Part shown: one piece after another, positions 12,234 through 25,399 of the stretch | Layout: every line of letters starts with the position of its first letter | Position numbering within the stretch: position 1 is the first letter of the stretch | Origin: Octopus vulgaris | Taxonomy: Eukaryota | Assembly (NCBI GenBank): GCA_951406725.2 | Contig: OX597817.1 | Location: forward strand, 119,970,001 to 120,034,000 | DNA: 64,000 nt | Direction of reading: 5' to 3' | Made by a program: the position numbers and the translations under genes | Notes under the pieces: generated by a model | What the model saw: the letters and a program-made list of their open reading frames with translations, nothing else | Database searches by the model: none | Told to the model about the DNA's origin: nothing

Positions 12234-13276
12234 TATATGTTAGTAAATTAAACATATGAATATAAATGGATGTTCATACACATCTTAGTATGCAACAGGA
12301 ACAAAAAGTTAATGAATGCTAATGTTTATGTAATGGACAATCATAATAGACAGATCACACTCACAAAACTCACACATTTATATGTGGCTACATTATTATA
12401 TCTTTCTTTAGTTGCCAGTAAAAGGTGGAGAAGAACCCAAGTTTTATAATCCCATTAAAAATTTTATTTAAAATCACTTTTTTGATTTTTTTTTTGCTCA
12501 AAACTGATGTCAGTAGACACCAGTAAAGTAGGTATACAGGTTCATAGGGCAGCTGCATTATTGAAATAGGAAACACTACATGAGTTAAGACATTGTAGAT
12601 GTGTAATGTGAGAAATCTGATTTAAAAAAAAAACAGTCAAAATTGGAGAGTGAATGGTATTATATTTGAGTCTAACAAAAACAAAAAAAAAACTAATTTG
12701 TGAAACCAATGACATCAAAACTCAAACCTCAAGGCATCTAACAAGCAATGTATACACTGCACTGCCTGTGGCTAGCATGCTGGCATTGTATTGTTGTACA
12801 TAACAATTGTTAACAGTTATTTCATTAAAACAAATAAAGTGTAAAATGAGAATTACATTACTAACAGATGCTGGTTGTTAAAACTAAATTTTCATTATAC
12901 AACCAATACAGGTATGGATGTGAAAAAGAGTGGAATCAGATTAAAAATTTACCTTAGTGAGCAAGTATGTGTTTTATGATTCAAACTTTTCAGAGATAAT
13001 TTGTTCATTTCATAAAAAGTGTTAATAACTATCCCATTGATTGGGGGGTCACATTAGAAGGAGATAAAATATATTGATTTTTCAGCTACAAAATGTGGAG
13101 CTCACTTTATATTTGAGATAACACTGCACTCGACTAAATAATAGATAAAAAGATAAATATGTATATGTGTGTGTGTGTGTGCATGCACGCATGTGTATCA
13201 TATACATGTACGTATACAACACATACATGCAAGTGTATACACATGCATGCACACACACACACACATATGTATTTTT

Positions 13277-13307
<31 letters not shown>

Positions 13308-13922
13308 AGACTTATGTCATATGAGTCACTACTAATATACTATGCATTTTCTTCAAACACAAGCCATGTTGCAGTTTGGTAGGAATAGGGAAAAATATCA
13401 CAGATGACACTAACCAAATAAATTACATAAACCTCAAACTCTACAGCATATATAGAGTACTAACATTGTCAGAGTGGAATCAGTATGTAACACAATACAA
13501 GTTGGCATGTATTGAAGTCACCGAGGACAATGACTTCAAAGGAATTTGCCATTTGATACATAATGAAGCACCTGTTGCTCACTTCTTTTTTTTTGGAGTG
13601 AGGGATGAGGGTCCACAACAAATGGATTTAAAGAAATGAAGAAATCCAAGTATAAACATTAGTTTTTTACAATGAAGTTTGAATTGCAAATAATTGCAAA
13701 TAAACTGGACAACAAATATGAGCTAGAGAAAGAGGATAAGCCATCTTGTGCCACAAAGAAATAAAATGAGATTTTCATGTTAGTACAATAAGGTATGAAG
13801 CTTCGTGCTGAGACAATCTGTTATTGTTTTTTTTAATAGACTTTTCCTTAATGATTTCTTTCTTTAATATTTCAGTGAAAGAGTAAAACAGGGATCCAAG
13901 TTTTGTTACTAACCACTACATA

Positions 13923-14336
13923 GGCGCAGGAGTGGCTGTGTGGTAAGTAGCTTGCTAAGCAACCACATGGTTCTGGGTTCAGTCCCACTGCGTGGCATCT
14001 TGGGCAAGTGTCTTCTACTGTAGCCTCGGGCCGACCAAAGCCTTGTGAGTGGATTTGGTAGACGGAAACTGAAAGAAGCCTGTCGTATATATGTATATAT
14101 ATATGCATGTGTGTGTTTGTGTGTCTGTGTTTGTCCCCCTAGCATTGCTTGACAACCGATGCTGGTGTGTTTATGTCCCCGTTACTTAGCGGTTCGGCAA
14201 AAGAGACCGATAGAATAAGTACTGGGCTTACAAAAGAATAGGTCCCAGGGTCGAGCTCTTCGATTAAAGGCAGTGCTCCAGCATGGCCGCAGTCAAATGA
14301 CTGAAACAAATAAAAGAGTAAAAAGAGAAAAGAGTA
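13923..14336 (+). mobile_element. SINE family A, full-length young copy
   Basis: ggcgcaggagtggctgtgtggtaag...cagcatggccgcagtcaaatgactgaaac plus taaaagag tail; many CpGs retained. Confidence 0.92.
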
Positions 14337-14937
14337 TACATTCCTCTGAATAGCCAAACTGAAAGTTAATTGCTACTGATGGGCTTCTTATGTGTACACA
14401 AGTCATAAACTAGTCATAAAATGGGGGGAGATACTACAGAGCTTTTTGCACTGACTGAGTCATTACACATGTGTAACATCTGGGTTGCTGTTTTCCTTGG
14501 TAACAGACTTCCATCTGGAAACCTTTTCTTTCTTTGCCTTCTGACACACTGACAATCCATAACAGTAAACATGGGAAAGAGCAATCCAAAACAACACATT
14601 TTCACATTGGGACCTATTCTCCATGTTTGCAACAGGGGAAACCTTACTCAAGACAATTGGTCAGAACACAAGAGTTACTGTTTCTCAGTCATTAACCCTA
14701 ATGATGTCCATACAAGAAATATGGTTGAGGCATATTAGTTTATTGATGCTGCTATTTGTATATATTCCAGAGTAAATAGGATGATGTTGTAAGGACTTTG
14801 TCATAGATGTATATAGTTGTTTGTTGTGGGATTGAACATATAGTTTGTGAGTTGGAATTTACTGCAACAACATACTGTACTCTTTGATGTCCAGTTGCTC
14901 TTTCACTGAGTATTTTTGTTTATTTTGATTATCGATA

Positions 14938-15116
14938 TTGTCTGGTTTCAGGTCAGCTCTTATCAGGCAAACTTACAGTGGAAGACATTCCAGCTATGAT
15001 CATCTCCATTTGATACATAATACATACAGGACAATATTATGCAATATGTCCTTCCTTTATTAAACCAGTGGGATGTGATATGAGACAGATATGGTTGCTA
15101 CTTCTAGCAGGTCAAA
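14938..15116 (-). mobile_element. Old interspersed repeat family E
   Basis: Reverse matches 50456-50540 (gacctgctagaa.tag.a.cca.atc) and 52191-52228 (tgacctg...a.acaa). Confidence 0.5.
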
Positions 15117-16904
15117 CAAAATGTAAAATGTGTAAATTGTGCTCTTTCTGTTCTTTGCATTAAAAGAAGTAAAACATACTGAAACAATCAGTAACACGGC
15201 AATATTATTATTAAGCTCGTTATGAGTGTAAGTTAAACAAACCCAAGAAATAGTTATAAATAACCAGAAATACATGAAGTTGGAAAAAGTAAATGCACAA
15301 AGAGAACAATAGATACACTCAGAAAAAATTATGGATAAACAAGCTGATATCTATTATGAATATATTCAGGCAAGCATGAAGTCAAAAAGAATAATTAAAA
15401 GCAGGGGAAAGAGAAAACAATCAATTGTGGTTGATAAAAGTATTCATCAAAACCAGACAACTAAGAATATGTTCATATATCAATAGCTAAATAATAGAAA
15501 GATTAATCAGTTACAAAAAAAATGTCACACCTTTAAAAAATGTCCTTCTGCTGAAGAATATCTGCTATTTATATAAATTATGCACAAACTGAATAACCAG
15601 TTATTTTTGTGCGACTAAACCTATGAAATGACAATGTCAGATGTCTGTTTGGTTAGAGTAGTGAATTAAAAATGATCCATTGGTCAAACACACTAGCTAA
15701 GAAGTGTTTCAATCTGGTTTTGTGACTATTATATGGAGCTTACTTGTTTTGAGTGAAGTATTTAAGTGGAGACCTGTCAGATATAGTATGATATCAAACC
15801 TGCTTTTGTAATTAAAAGTTTCTGCAATGTTTGCTGAGTTTAGCGAATTTCAGTTCAGTGGTGTAGGATAGTTAGGACTTTTCATGATATATTACAAAGA
15901 ATTTGGTCCAAGAAATGACAGTAATGTATTACCATTTTGATGTAATATGTTCCAAAGGGTATAATGGCAGCAATTTTAGAACTGATGTTCCAGTAATTCT
16001 TAGAATACTATTATAAAATAAATGTTATAATAATATTGAAGCATAAATGTGAGAACGAGTATTTGATGCATTGCTGCAAGTAATGTGTAGACTGAAATAA
16101 TCTAGTTTTGAAAATATACACCTTACATACCTAGGTATATTTTAATGAGGGATATTTTGAAAAATAAATTTTCTTGCAAAATTTGGATTGACCCATACGA
16201 TATTTTCTTCAAACACCAACCCTGGTCAACATTTCTATGACAATAATTCTAATATTTTTTCATTAAAATTACAATATATAATGTAATTTTTCAACTCTAG
16301 TCATTGATTTCTTTCAAATATCTGTAACAATTTAGCAAAATTTTAAATCATAGAAAATCTCTTAGGGCTAACATATAAAGGAAACTTCCAACAGGGGAGA
16401 CAGTGGTCAGTAGTGAAATCATTCATGAAATAAATTGTTTAAATGCTCAGAAGCATCAACAGAAGTTATTAACAGATTCTCTTTCCCACATGATTTCATT
16501 AGGAATGAAGTTGGGTGCTGACAACAAAAGAATTCTCTCTTTGGGTGAAGGCAGATTGTATAATGCTTCTATATAAATTACAAACTGAAAGGCAAACATA
16601 GGCACTGAATGTAGATGTGTGAAGACTGGGAAGGAATGAGCCGATCATCTTCCACTGGATGAATGTGAGGAAGCATAAAAAACAAAGAACAAATGAGTAG
16701 GGAAGAAGAAAAAATCTTGGGTGAAAAAATCTCAAATGTATTGTGCAAGAGAGGGGATTGTAATGGTAGAGATTTGTGGTGTGTATTGTTAGATAATTAA
16801 GCGCTAAGTGATAAAAACTGATGGAACCTGCAAAGAGAAAGATCAAAGAAGACAGTGGATATAGTGTCCCTGACATCTAACAATTAATGAGTGTTGTTCA
16901 ACTT

Positions 16905-17085
16905 GATGCTATGTATGAGAGAGAGACATGCTATGTGTACTGAAAATAGCAACTGGATAAAGACGCACTCTATAAGTAAAGTAGAAGGAGCCTGTGGAGA
17001 GGAAGACCAATGAAGACATGTGAAGAAGAAAACACTATCAGGATGTTGAGCATAATGATGAAGATGACAAAAGACTACAAATGGT
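16905..17085 (+). pseudogene. Decayed RTE LINE terminal fragment
   Basis: HAMCTENSNWIKTHSISKVEGACG(R)GRPMKTCEE resembles the RTE end motif. Confidence 0.5.
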
Positions 17086-18296
17086 AAAGCTGGAGTGCTT
17101 TATCACTTACAGTAGTTTTTAGTTCAAACTGGTGTTAAATATCATGTGGCATTTCATGCATCATGTAAATGTTCTAATCTTTAATACGACACACAAAGAA
17201 ACATTTTAAAGAAGTGACAGAAATTTCTTCCAAAATAAAATGATGATGGTTCATCACCATTTGACAATATAAGTTGTCAAATGAAATTTTGAAAGATTGT
17301 GTATGTCACATTAAAGTTGCATAAAATAAAGTATCCATAGATTCACAACTTTAGCCGGCAATAATGCTTCTCAAAGAGAAATGGGGATAGAAAGAAAGAA
17401 AAACTGAAAAAGAGGAATAGACAGAGAGATACAATCGTTAACAAGATTCTTTGCTGTTACATAAATTTTGCCTTTAGCATCCTGGCATGATTTAGATACA
17501 TTTTCATACTAATAACTTGATAATTAATATTCATAGCATTCTGAATATCGTAATGTTAAATATTTAACTGCCAATTACAATTAACATTGGATTCCAGAAA
17601 GGAAGCATTAAGCATATATAGTAACTTCTTCCAAAGCTGGAAATCATATATCCAAACTTTAAACACTCATTCTGTTTGATTTATATTTATAGATACTACA
17701 GCATGGTTTTTAATTGATCTAACAAATTCAAAATTTTGATTAAATTTCAGTGAAAATATCCATATATTAAAATATCACTAATTAAATTACAGTAATAAAA
17801 AAAAAAATACAGGCCAAAATCCTCAAAAAGATTGTGCTCTACACCATTATAAACTGATTACATATATCAGCATATGGATATAAACTATACTAAAAGAATA
17901 TGTAATATGTTTAAGAAAGAGAGACCAATTACTAGGAAAACAGTTAATAAAAAAACATTACTGAACCTAGAAACTAATTAAATGATTTTAACTAAATTCA
18001 CTTTATTAATGAGGAAGGAAAAAAATTTAAACAAGTCAGGCAAGAAAAAAAAAACATAGTAAAGTAGAATATGGAAAGATTGCTGATGAAGTCCAATATA
18101 GTAAAAAGTATTGGCTGACTGAGAATGTATTTAATAATACCAGAATTAATCATATTAGCATTCACACTCGTTTCCAACATATCTATGTATATATAGTCTC
18201 ATTACAGTAATACAACTTGTTCTCAATTAACATTGATATGGTGATGTGTAGCTGTGTGTATAGCTTTGTCTTTCATCACTTTCTTCTACACTCTAT

Positions 18297-18330
<34 letters not shown>

Positions 18331-18435
18331 AACACACACAGCATATGTTGTATGTGTGCTTTTGTGTAGTTGTGTGGGTCTTTCCAGGTGACTATTAACG
18401 TGTGCAGGAATATATACATAACAACATATACATAG

Positions 18436-18502
<67 letters not shown>

Positions 18503-19704
18503 CATAGACACACATGTGTATGTGCAAATGTGTGTGATTGTGTGTGTGTGTCTGTATGTAAGCATATGTATCTAATATAGCTACAGAGACACTTATGTAT
18601 ATGATCAACTATTGTAAATTCTCAAGTATTTTGAATGTAATTTGATTGCAGCTGATGGCATATAAAGAAATGGAAAACAATATACCACAACCAATCAATA
18701 ATGCAGGTGATTATTAGTTAACAAATATGATATTTTATTGGAATGTAGTATTGGATTGATAAATATGTTTCCAAATGAGAATTTAAAGAAACTAAAAAGA
18801 GAATCATTGAGGTATAAATTAATGACTTCTAAAATGTTGTGCCTACACATGTACACATATATACCTGTACACATAAACATACAGCTGTACAAACAAATAC
18901 ACGCACATATACACAAACACATAAACACACATACATATATATAATGTATACCTATCATCTAATTTTAGAACGGTATAGTTTATGGTGTTGTTATCCATAT
19001 CAGCACATGCTATTTAACAGTTTGTGTACAAGAATATGCCTGGTTTTGAACAACAATTTAATAGCTGTATTCAGAAAAATGCTTGGAAGGTATTTATGAT
19101 GTTTGTATATTATGCTAAATGGTCTTCAACAAGCATCTCCCCTGTTTTAGCATTTTATCTAACTTGTTAAAAGAAGATATGAATCTAAACAAACAGTACT
19201 TGTTGTATGTATGCTATCATATACTGTAAATATAACAATAAAATCAATTAATCTGAACATTAAATTAGTAGTATTCTAGTTGTCTTTTATTACAAACAAC
19301 ACACCCAAAATGGCACCATTGTTTTCAAGTAACACACATACACACACACATTATATATATATATATATATATATCCATTTATATATATACATGTATACTT
19401 AGTATAAACAATTTGTTTCTCTTTATTAATGCAAGTTTTTAATTACTTCTCAATTATTTATATTCTAAATTATTGGATTTAATTGCCTTTTTAAGGTTAA
19501 TTTAGAGCCTAATGAATAAAATCTATTTACATTCGTAAATATAGTGTGGATACACATGCAAACTATTTGATACAGAATTAAAAGGGAAGCCGCCAACATG
19601 ATTTCCTCCAATGCAGATTTGAGATTCTCCAAATATTTACATTTTGTGTAACACAAGTTATTTATATTTGTATATTTATTCTTATCTCAAATAGATATAT
19701 TTAA

Positions 19705-19892
19705 CTTTTACTTGTTTTAGTTACTGGACTGCAGGCATACTAGGGCACCACCTCATGAAGGGTTTAGTTGAAGAAATCGACCCCAGTACTTATGTTTTTA
19801 AGTCTGGTACATACTTTATAGGTCTCATTTAGAGGGTTGTCATGCAGTAGAAAGGAACAGCCACAACACAGACACACACACACACACACATG
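19705..19892 (-). mobile_element. SINE family A, diverged 3' part
   Basis: ttttacttgttttag...gaagaaatcgaccccagtacttat... Confidence 0.6.
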
Positions 19893-19902
19893 GATCATCA
19901 TA

Positions 19903-20151
<249 letters not shown>

Positions 20152-20280
20152 GTATATAATTTTGAATTGCCTTGATAACGTTGTATTAACATATTTTTTC
20201 GGAAATATTGATATTAATTTTTACCAATATTTTACACACACACACACACATATATATATATGTATATATATGTATGTATG

Positions 20281-20315
<35 letters not shown>

Positions 20316-20318
20316 ATA

Positions 20319-20800
20319 CAGAGTGTCCCAAAAGTCACTGATGTGTTTCAATTTTTAATAACTTTCTTAACTTTACAAACAAATGTATAAAATGCCTAAT
20401 AAGAAACTCAGACACTCCCATGTTCCTGGCAATGGACCTGATTGCCTTGGCGGTATTGTTGTCAATCATGACCAGGATCTCACAAACAAATTCAGTTCTC
20501 TTCTTATTAGAATGATCAGAGTGAGTTTTCTGAGTTGCCGTACCATTGTAATTACCATTAAACTTATCCAACTCTCCAAATCCTTTGCACTATCCTCGGA
20601 TTGACACCCCAAAACTCTGAAATAGTGTTCCTATAGGATGCTTCCGGCATGAATGCAAAGCAGTATAGTATGTCATTTCCAAATTTCTGGCAGAGTGAAT
20701 TGCGTCATGGTGCTGTTTTTCTCCCAAATGGTGCCCAACTGACCCTACTATACAATGTGCATGCATGAAATTAAAAATATGAAATTTACTCATCACACTG
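20319..20800 (-). mobile_element. Tc1/mariner-superfamily remnant (N-terminal transposase fragment), TA-flanked
   Basis: ORF ...KKRTEFVCEILVMIDNNTAKAIRSIARNMGVSEFLIR is an HTH of the SIR.IAR..GVS type; ends TA|cagagtg and cacactg|TA. Confidence 0.7.
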
Positions 20801-20837
20801 TATATATTTACCCATCGAACCCTATATATATATATAC

Positions 20838-20985
20838 CATCATCATCATCATCATCTAACGTCCACTTTCCATGCTAGCATGGGTTGGACGATATGACTG
20901 AAGTCTGGTGAACCAGACTCCAATCTGATCTGGCAGAGTTTCTACAGCTGGATGCCCTTCCTAGCGCCAACCACTCTGAGAGTGG

Positions 20986-20986
<1 letters not shown>
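20838..20986 (-). mobile_element. RTE-type 3' tail fragment, second copy
   Basis: Close match to 19903-20050. Confidence 0.8.
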
Positions 20987-21020
<34 letters not shown>

Positions 21021-21564
21021 TGTACTAACTTTACAACCATTACTATTCAAAATGATTCTTTTATTTTGAGTCACAAACAGTTTGGAAATCATATCAACAT
21101 AACATGATAACATGCCCATAGATTTTCAATAAATTTGTGGATGACAAAAATATAAGAATGAAACTTAACTAAGAAATGTTGATGTGGCTGCCTTTGCAAA
21201 TCTGAACATTGAACATCCAAAATACTGATATTTTATACAGACAAGTAAACCAATTAATCTCACTGTTTTAATACAAGCTGACTCTTGCAGATGAAGCACA
21301 AAACTCATTCATTGCTTGTGAAAGATAAATGTGCCAAAATTGGGAAAGCATTTCTGATTGAAGCTAAATGAAACACAAGTTGTTCACTGATCTGGACTAT
21401 TCAATGTTTTCCTGATGGATAGTGCAGGGAAAAGAAACAGTTTATTACTGACATGTGATTAATTCAAGTGCTTAAAATCTGATCTTCTTGTTTTTAGATT
21501 CCATTTTGAACCAACAGTTCAATAAGTACATAACGATATATTCATTAGTACTGTCGAATGGGTT

Positions 21565-21730
21565 AGATGATGGTAGCGATGTTGGTAGAGGTAGTGGTGG
21601 TAGTGGTGGAAGTGATGGTGGTTGTTGTTGATGTTGGTAGTGATGATGGTGGCAGCAGCGATGGTGGTTGTTGTTGTTGTTGTTGTTGTAGGTGGTGGTG
21701 ATGGTGGTGGTGGTGGTGACAGCAGCAGCG
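21565..21730. repeat. Mosaic trinucleotide tract (GGT/GTT/GAT/GCA)
   Basis: Directly visible; source of the low-complexity ORFs 21472-21840. Confidence 0.9.
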
Positions 21731-22494
21731 GAGTCCTGCATTTGATTAATGGTTGTAGTCATTTATATTCTGCCGCTCAGGTATCCACTTTATTGAAAGC
21801 TGTGAAATTTTGTTCTAATTGGAAAACAACATTTTCATGACTGTCATCAGAAATTTCAACCCCCATCACCCTCACTGACTTCAGACTCAGAGGCTAAAAT
21901 AAGTACATACAATCATCTACGTTAGCTAATACATCACTTAACGATTATTTCAAAAAGCAACAGTAATAATTCTTCATCTCTGCATGAATCATTTGAATGA
22001 TTAATAGAAATTAATGCTTATACTACTACCAACTACAACTGAAATTAAAAGGAGTAAATATGCCATAGATTATGGAGATAAATGGCTAACATTCGTAAAG
22101 TAAATAACTAAAGTGCAGTATTTGTTAAACAATGAATGTGAGTAATTGTACTTAGGTATACACTGATGTATAAATAATAAATACTTACAGTGTCTATGAT
22201 GTCACATAACTACAACAATATATTTGGAATATATTGTTGTAATGCAGGTGGACGTAAGTACACATATGACTGTGTGATTGAAAAATTTGCTTTACAGTTA
22301 GGTGGTTCTGAATTCAATATCAATGTATAGAATATGAACTAATAGATTATGAGTAGAATTGAATTTCATAAACAAAAGCTGTGCAGGAACGCATCCTTTG
22401 TATGTGCTTGTGTGTATGTGTGCGTGCGTAGGTGGAAGTGCGCGTGCATTTGTATATATGTGAGTGTATTTATATAGATATATGTAAAAAACAA

Positions 22495-22825
22495 AAAAAG
22501 TAAAGTTCCTTCCTGAGTCATAATGCCAGTTTCCCATTTTCCGTGGCGTATAAATTCACCACCTGGATAGGACACTGATCTAGCACAGGCTTACTCATTT
22601 TTGCCAGGTGAAACGAAGAATTTTGATACCTAGCCCAGTCCAGGAATTGAAACTCTTTTACTCGTTTCAGTCCTTTTCATCGAGCAAATCGACTCCAGGA
22701 CTTATTCTTTGGAAGCCTAGTACTTATTCTATTGGTCTCTTTTGCCGAACCACTAAGTTATGGGAACATAAACACACCACCATCATTTGTCAAGTGATGC
22801 TGGGGGGACAAGCACAGATGCACAA

Positions 22826-22874
<49 letters not shown>

Positions 22875-23103
22875 CATATATACGATGGGCTTCTTTCAGC
22901 TTCCGTCTATCAAATCCACTCACAAGGCTTTGGTCACCCTGAGACTATAGTAGAAGACATTTGCCCAAGCTCCCATGCAGTGGGAATGAACCCGGAATCA
23001 TGTGGTTGGTAAGCAAGCTACTAACCACACAGCCACTCCTGCGCCTACAACAATCTTATGATCATGAGTCTAACACTTTAACCACTAAGTCACATGCCTC
23101 CAC
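22495..23103 (-). mobile_element. SINE family D interrupted by a family A SINE
   Basis: Head at 23046-23103 (gtggaggcatgtgacttagtggtt on minus) resumes at 22652 through ctggcaaaaatgagtaa; aligns to 25562-25821. Confidence 0.7.
22653..23045 (-). mobile_element. SINE family A, nested
   Basis: Aligns to 11821-12233 with a deletion in the tail. Confidence 0.88.
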
Positions 23104-23182
23104 TATAGACACATGTAAAATATGTAAATTAATGCAATGACAAAATGATAAGGGAGAAGAAATTATGTGATCAACTCCATTA

Positions 23183-23261
23183 ACTTACAGCTGTTTCAGC
23201 TATAGGAAGCAATGCACTCAGAACTTAGTGCTTTTGCATTACCCGATAGATTCCTCAGAGT
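23183..23261 (-). ncRNA. Type I hammerhead ribozyme with extended stem II
   Basis: acu-CUGAGGA-[long imperfect hairpin aucuaucgg...gcacu/agugc...ccuauagcu]-GAAA-cagcug-UA-agu. Confidence 0.75.
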
Positions 23262-23271
23262 GTTTTATATC

Positions 23272-23515
23272 TATCTTTTATCTGTTTCAGTCAGTGGACA
23301 GTGGCTGTACTGGGGAACCACTTTAAAGAGTTGATTTGAACAAATTGACCCCAGTATCTATTCTTAAGCTTGGTACTGATTTTATCAGCCTCTTTTACTG
23401 AACCACTAAGTGGGAAACAAACACAGACATACACACAAACAAACATGCATATGTGTATATATATATATATATACAGAGAGAGAGAGAGAGTGTGTGTGTG
23501 TGTGTGTATGCATGC

Positions 23516-23546
<31 letters not shown>

Positions 23547-23670
23547 GAGGGGGGGGAGTGAGAAACAGAGAGAGAGAGAGACCTAGGGCTATAAGAGACA
23601 CATGCCCAAAGTATGGAACTGAATCCAAGACTACATGGTTGAGAAACAAGCTTCCTCAGCCACACAACAA
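23272..23670 (-). mobile_element. SINE family A, highly diverged with expanded internal microsatellite
   Basis: tgtttcagtc...ttgaccccagta...aaccactaag...tgcccaaag...catggttgagaaacaagctt...ccacac. Confidence 0.6.
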
Positions 23671-23682
23671 TCCATGCATCTA

Positions 23683-23733
<51 letters not shown>

Positions 23734-23812
23734 GCATACATACACACACACTCACATGTAGGCATGAAGGTAGGTAGAAAGATAGATAATTTATTTACTC
23801 AGAACCAGTTGT

Positions 23813-23858
23813 CTGTTAATCTAGAATTTTCCCAATGCATTATTGGTTCCTCAGACAA
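23813..23858 (-). ncRNA. Type I hammerhead ribozyme motif
   Basis: uugu-CUGAGGA-a-ccaau[aaugc]auugg-GAAA-au[ucuag]au-UA-acag. Confidence 0.6.
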
Positions 23859-24664
23859 GAATGTGCATGTACGTGTACGTGTGCATGCATGTGTGCTGTA
23901 TCTTTTTATGTCCGATAACTGAACAAGTCAAGGAAGGAGGGACTGATAAAATAAGTCTCAGATTCATATAACCAACCAAGTACTTGAAGTGGTGCCCCAG
24001 CATCGTTGAAGCTCAAAAATAATAGAATAGTGATATTTTGAAATCCAATTTATGTCTTATAATCTAATGGCACAATTAAATGAATTGAAAATAATTTATG
24101 AGAATTGCATTGGATTTGATTCAAAGAAACTACTAAGTTTGATAATATAATACTTTCCCTTTTGATAAGCAACAAATATTTATTATATATGAACTGATGA
24201 AAATAGACACATTCATAATTATCAAAATAGACACATTCATAATTATTTTTGCTTCATCTTTTTATCTTTGTATATGTAAAAATACGTTTCTGCATAGAGT
24301 GAATAAGGTGGATATGGATATAGAAATACTATAATTCCTGAAAGAAAGTCAGAATGAACAGGAAACCGTTTAATCAAACTCCTGAACAAAGCCAACAAAT
24401 TTACATTTTCCAACTGGAGGTTTCTTGATATAGCTTCAGTTCAGTGTTTTGATAACATTTACACCAAGCCTATGATAATACTCTGAGCAATTACATAATC
24501 TAAACCGTTTCCAGAGCAATCAAATTTAATGCTATATATCAGGCTATATATGTTTTTATAGCATTTTAAATGAACAAAGGAAATGTTTTTATAAATAATA
24601 AACTTGGTTTTCTAAAATAGGAACAAAAAGCATGAGTTTTCATACAGGGTGTGCTTCTGCATAT

Positions 24665-24711
<47 letters not shown>

Positions 24712-25399
24712 TTGCAGTGTGGTCATGAAGATTGCTTTGCAACAACATTGCTGCTGCAACTTCAATTCCATAGCATGACACCATTTGAGTGAATTTGTTG
24801 GTTGGAAACTGCAATAAGTGTGTGTGTGTGTGCATGGGTGCATGTACACAGATATGTATGAATGTTAATATTCCATACTTGATACTACTTGCATCAAATG
24901 GTGATATTGACATTAATTCTTATTCAAAAAATGAGGCTGGTTGCTTATAAATAGAGTTCTTTACTTGAAATAACAGGTAATGGTTGGCACCACAAAGAAC
25001 ATATGGCCATAAACAGTTACCTCAAATAATTCTTTAACATAAGCTAACATGGAATAATAAGCTTTAAAAAAAATCGTCCTCTAACATCCATGTTACATGA
25101 TGGCATGTGTTGGATGGTTTGACAGGATCTGACAGTTCTGAAGAGTGCACATGCTCCAATGTTACAAGAATATTTAATAGTTAGCCATCACAGTACACCT
25201 AGTGCCCCTACAACTTTTCTTTTAAATTACTCTTCACTTTTAGTTTCTGTACATTATTCTATGTACTGTACATTATTCTATGTACTGTACATGCACTTTT
25301 AGGTTAATTCTATGAGAGCAGGCAGCAACCTGTTGTCAAAGGTCTCACAGTGTCTCTTTCCATCATACTTAACGCCCAAGTACCAATTATTATTATTGT

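Noticed and set aside
13872-14357. Recurrent ORFs such as VYQIHSQGFG...EDTCPRC and RLPNPLTRLW
   Set aside because: Translations of SINE family A copies.
14414-14651. Overlapping minus-strand ORFs in non-repetitive sequence, with an X-box-like gttttccttggtaac
   Set aside because: No recognisable domain or splice frame; the motif is isolated and has irregular spacing.
24200-24247. Short tandem duplications (also 25247-25291)
   Set aside because: Ordinary slippage duplications; there are no spacers, so not CRISPR-like.
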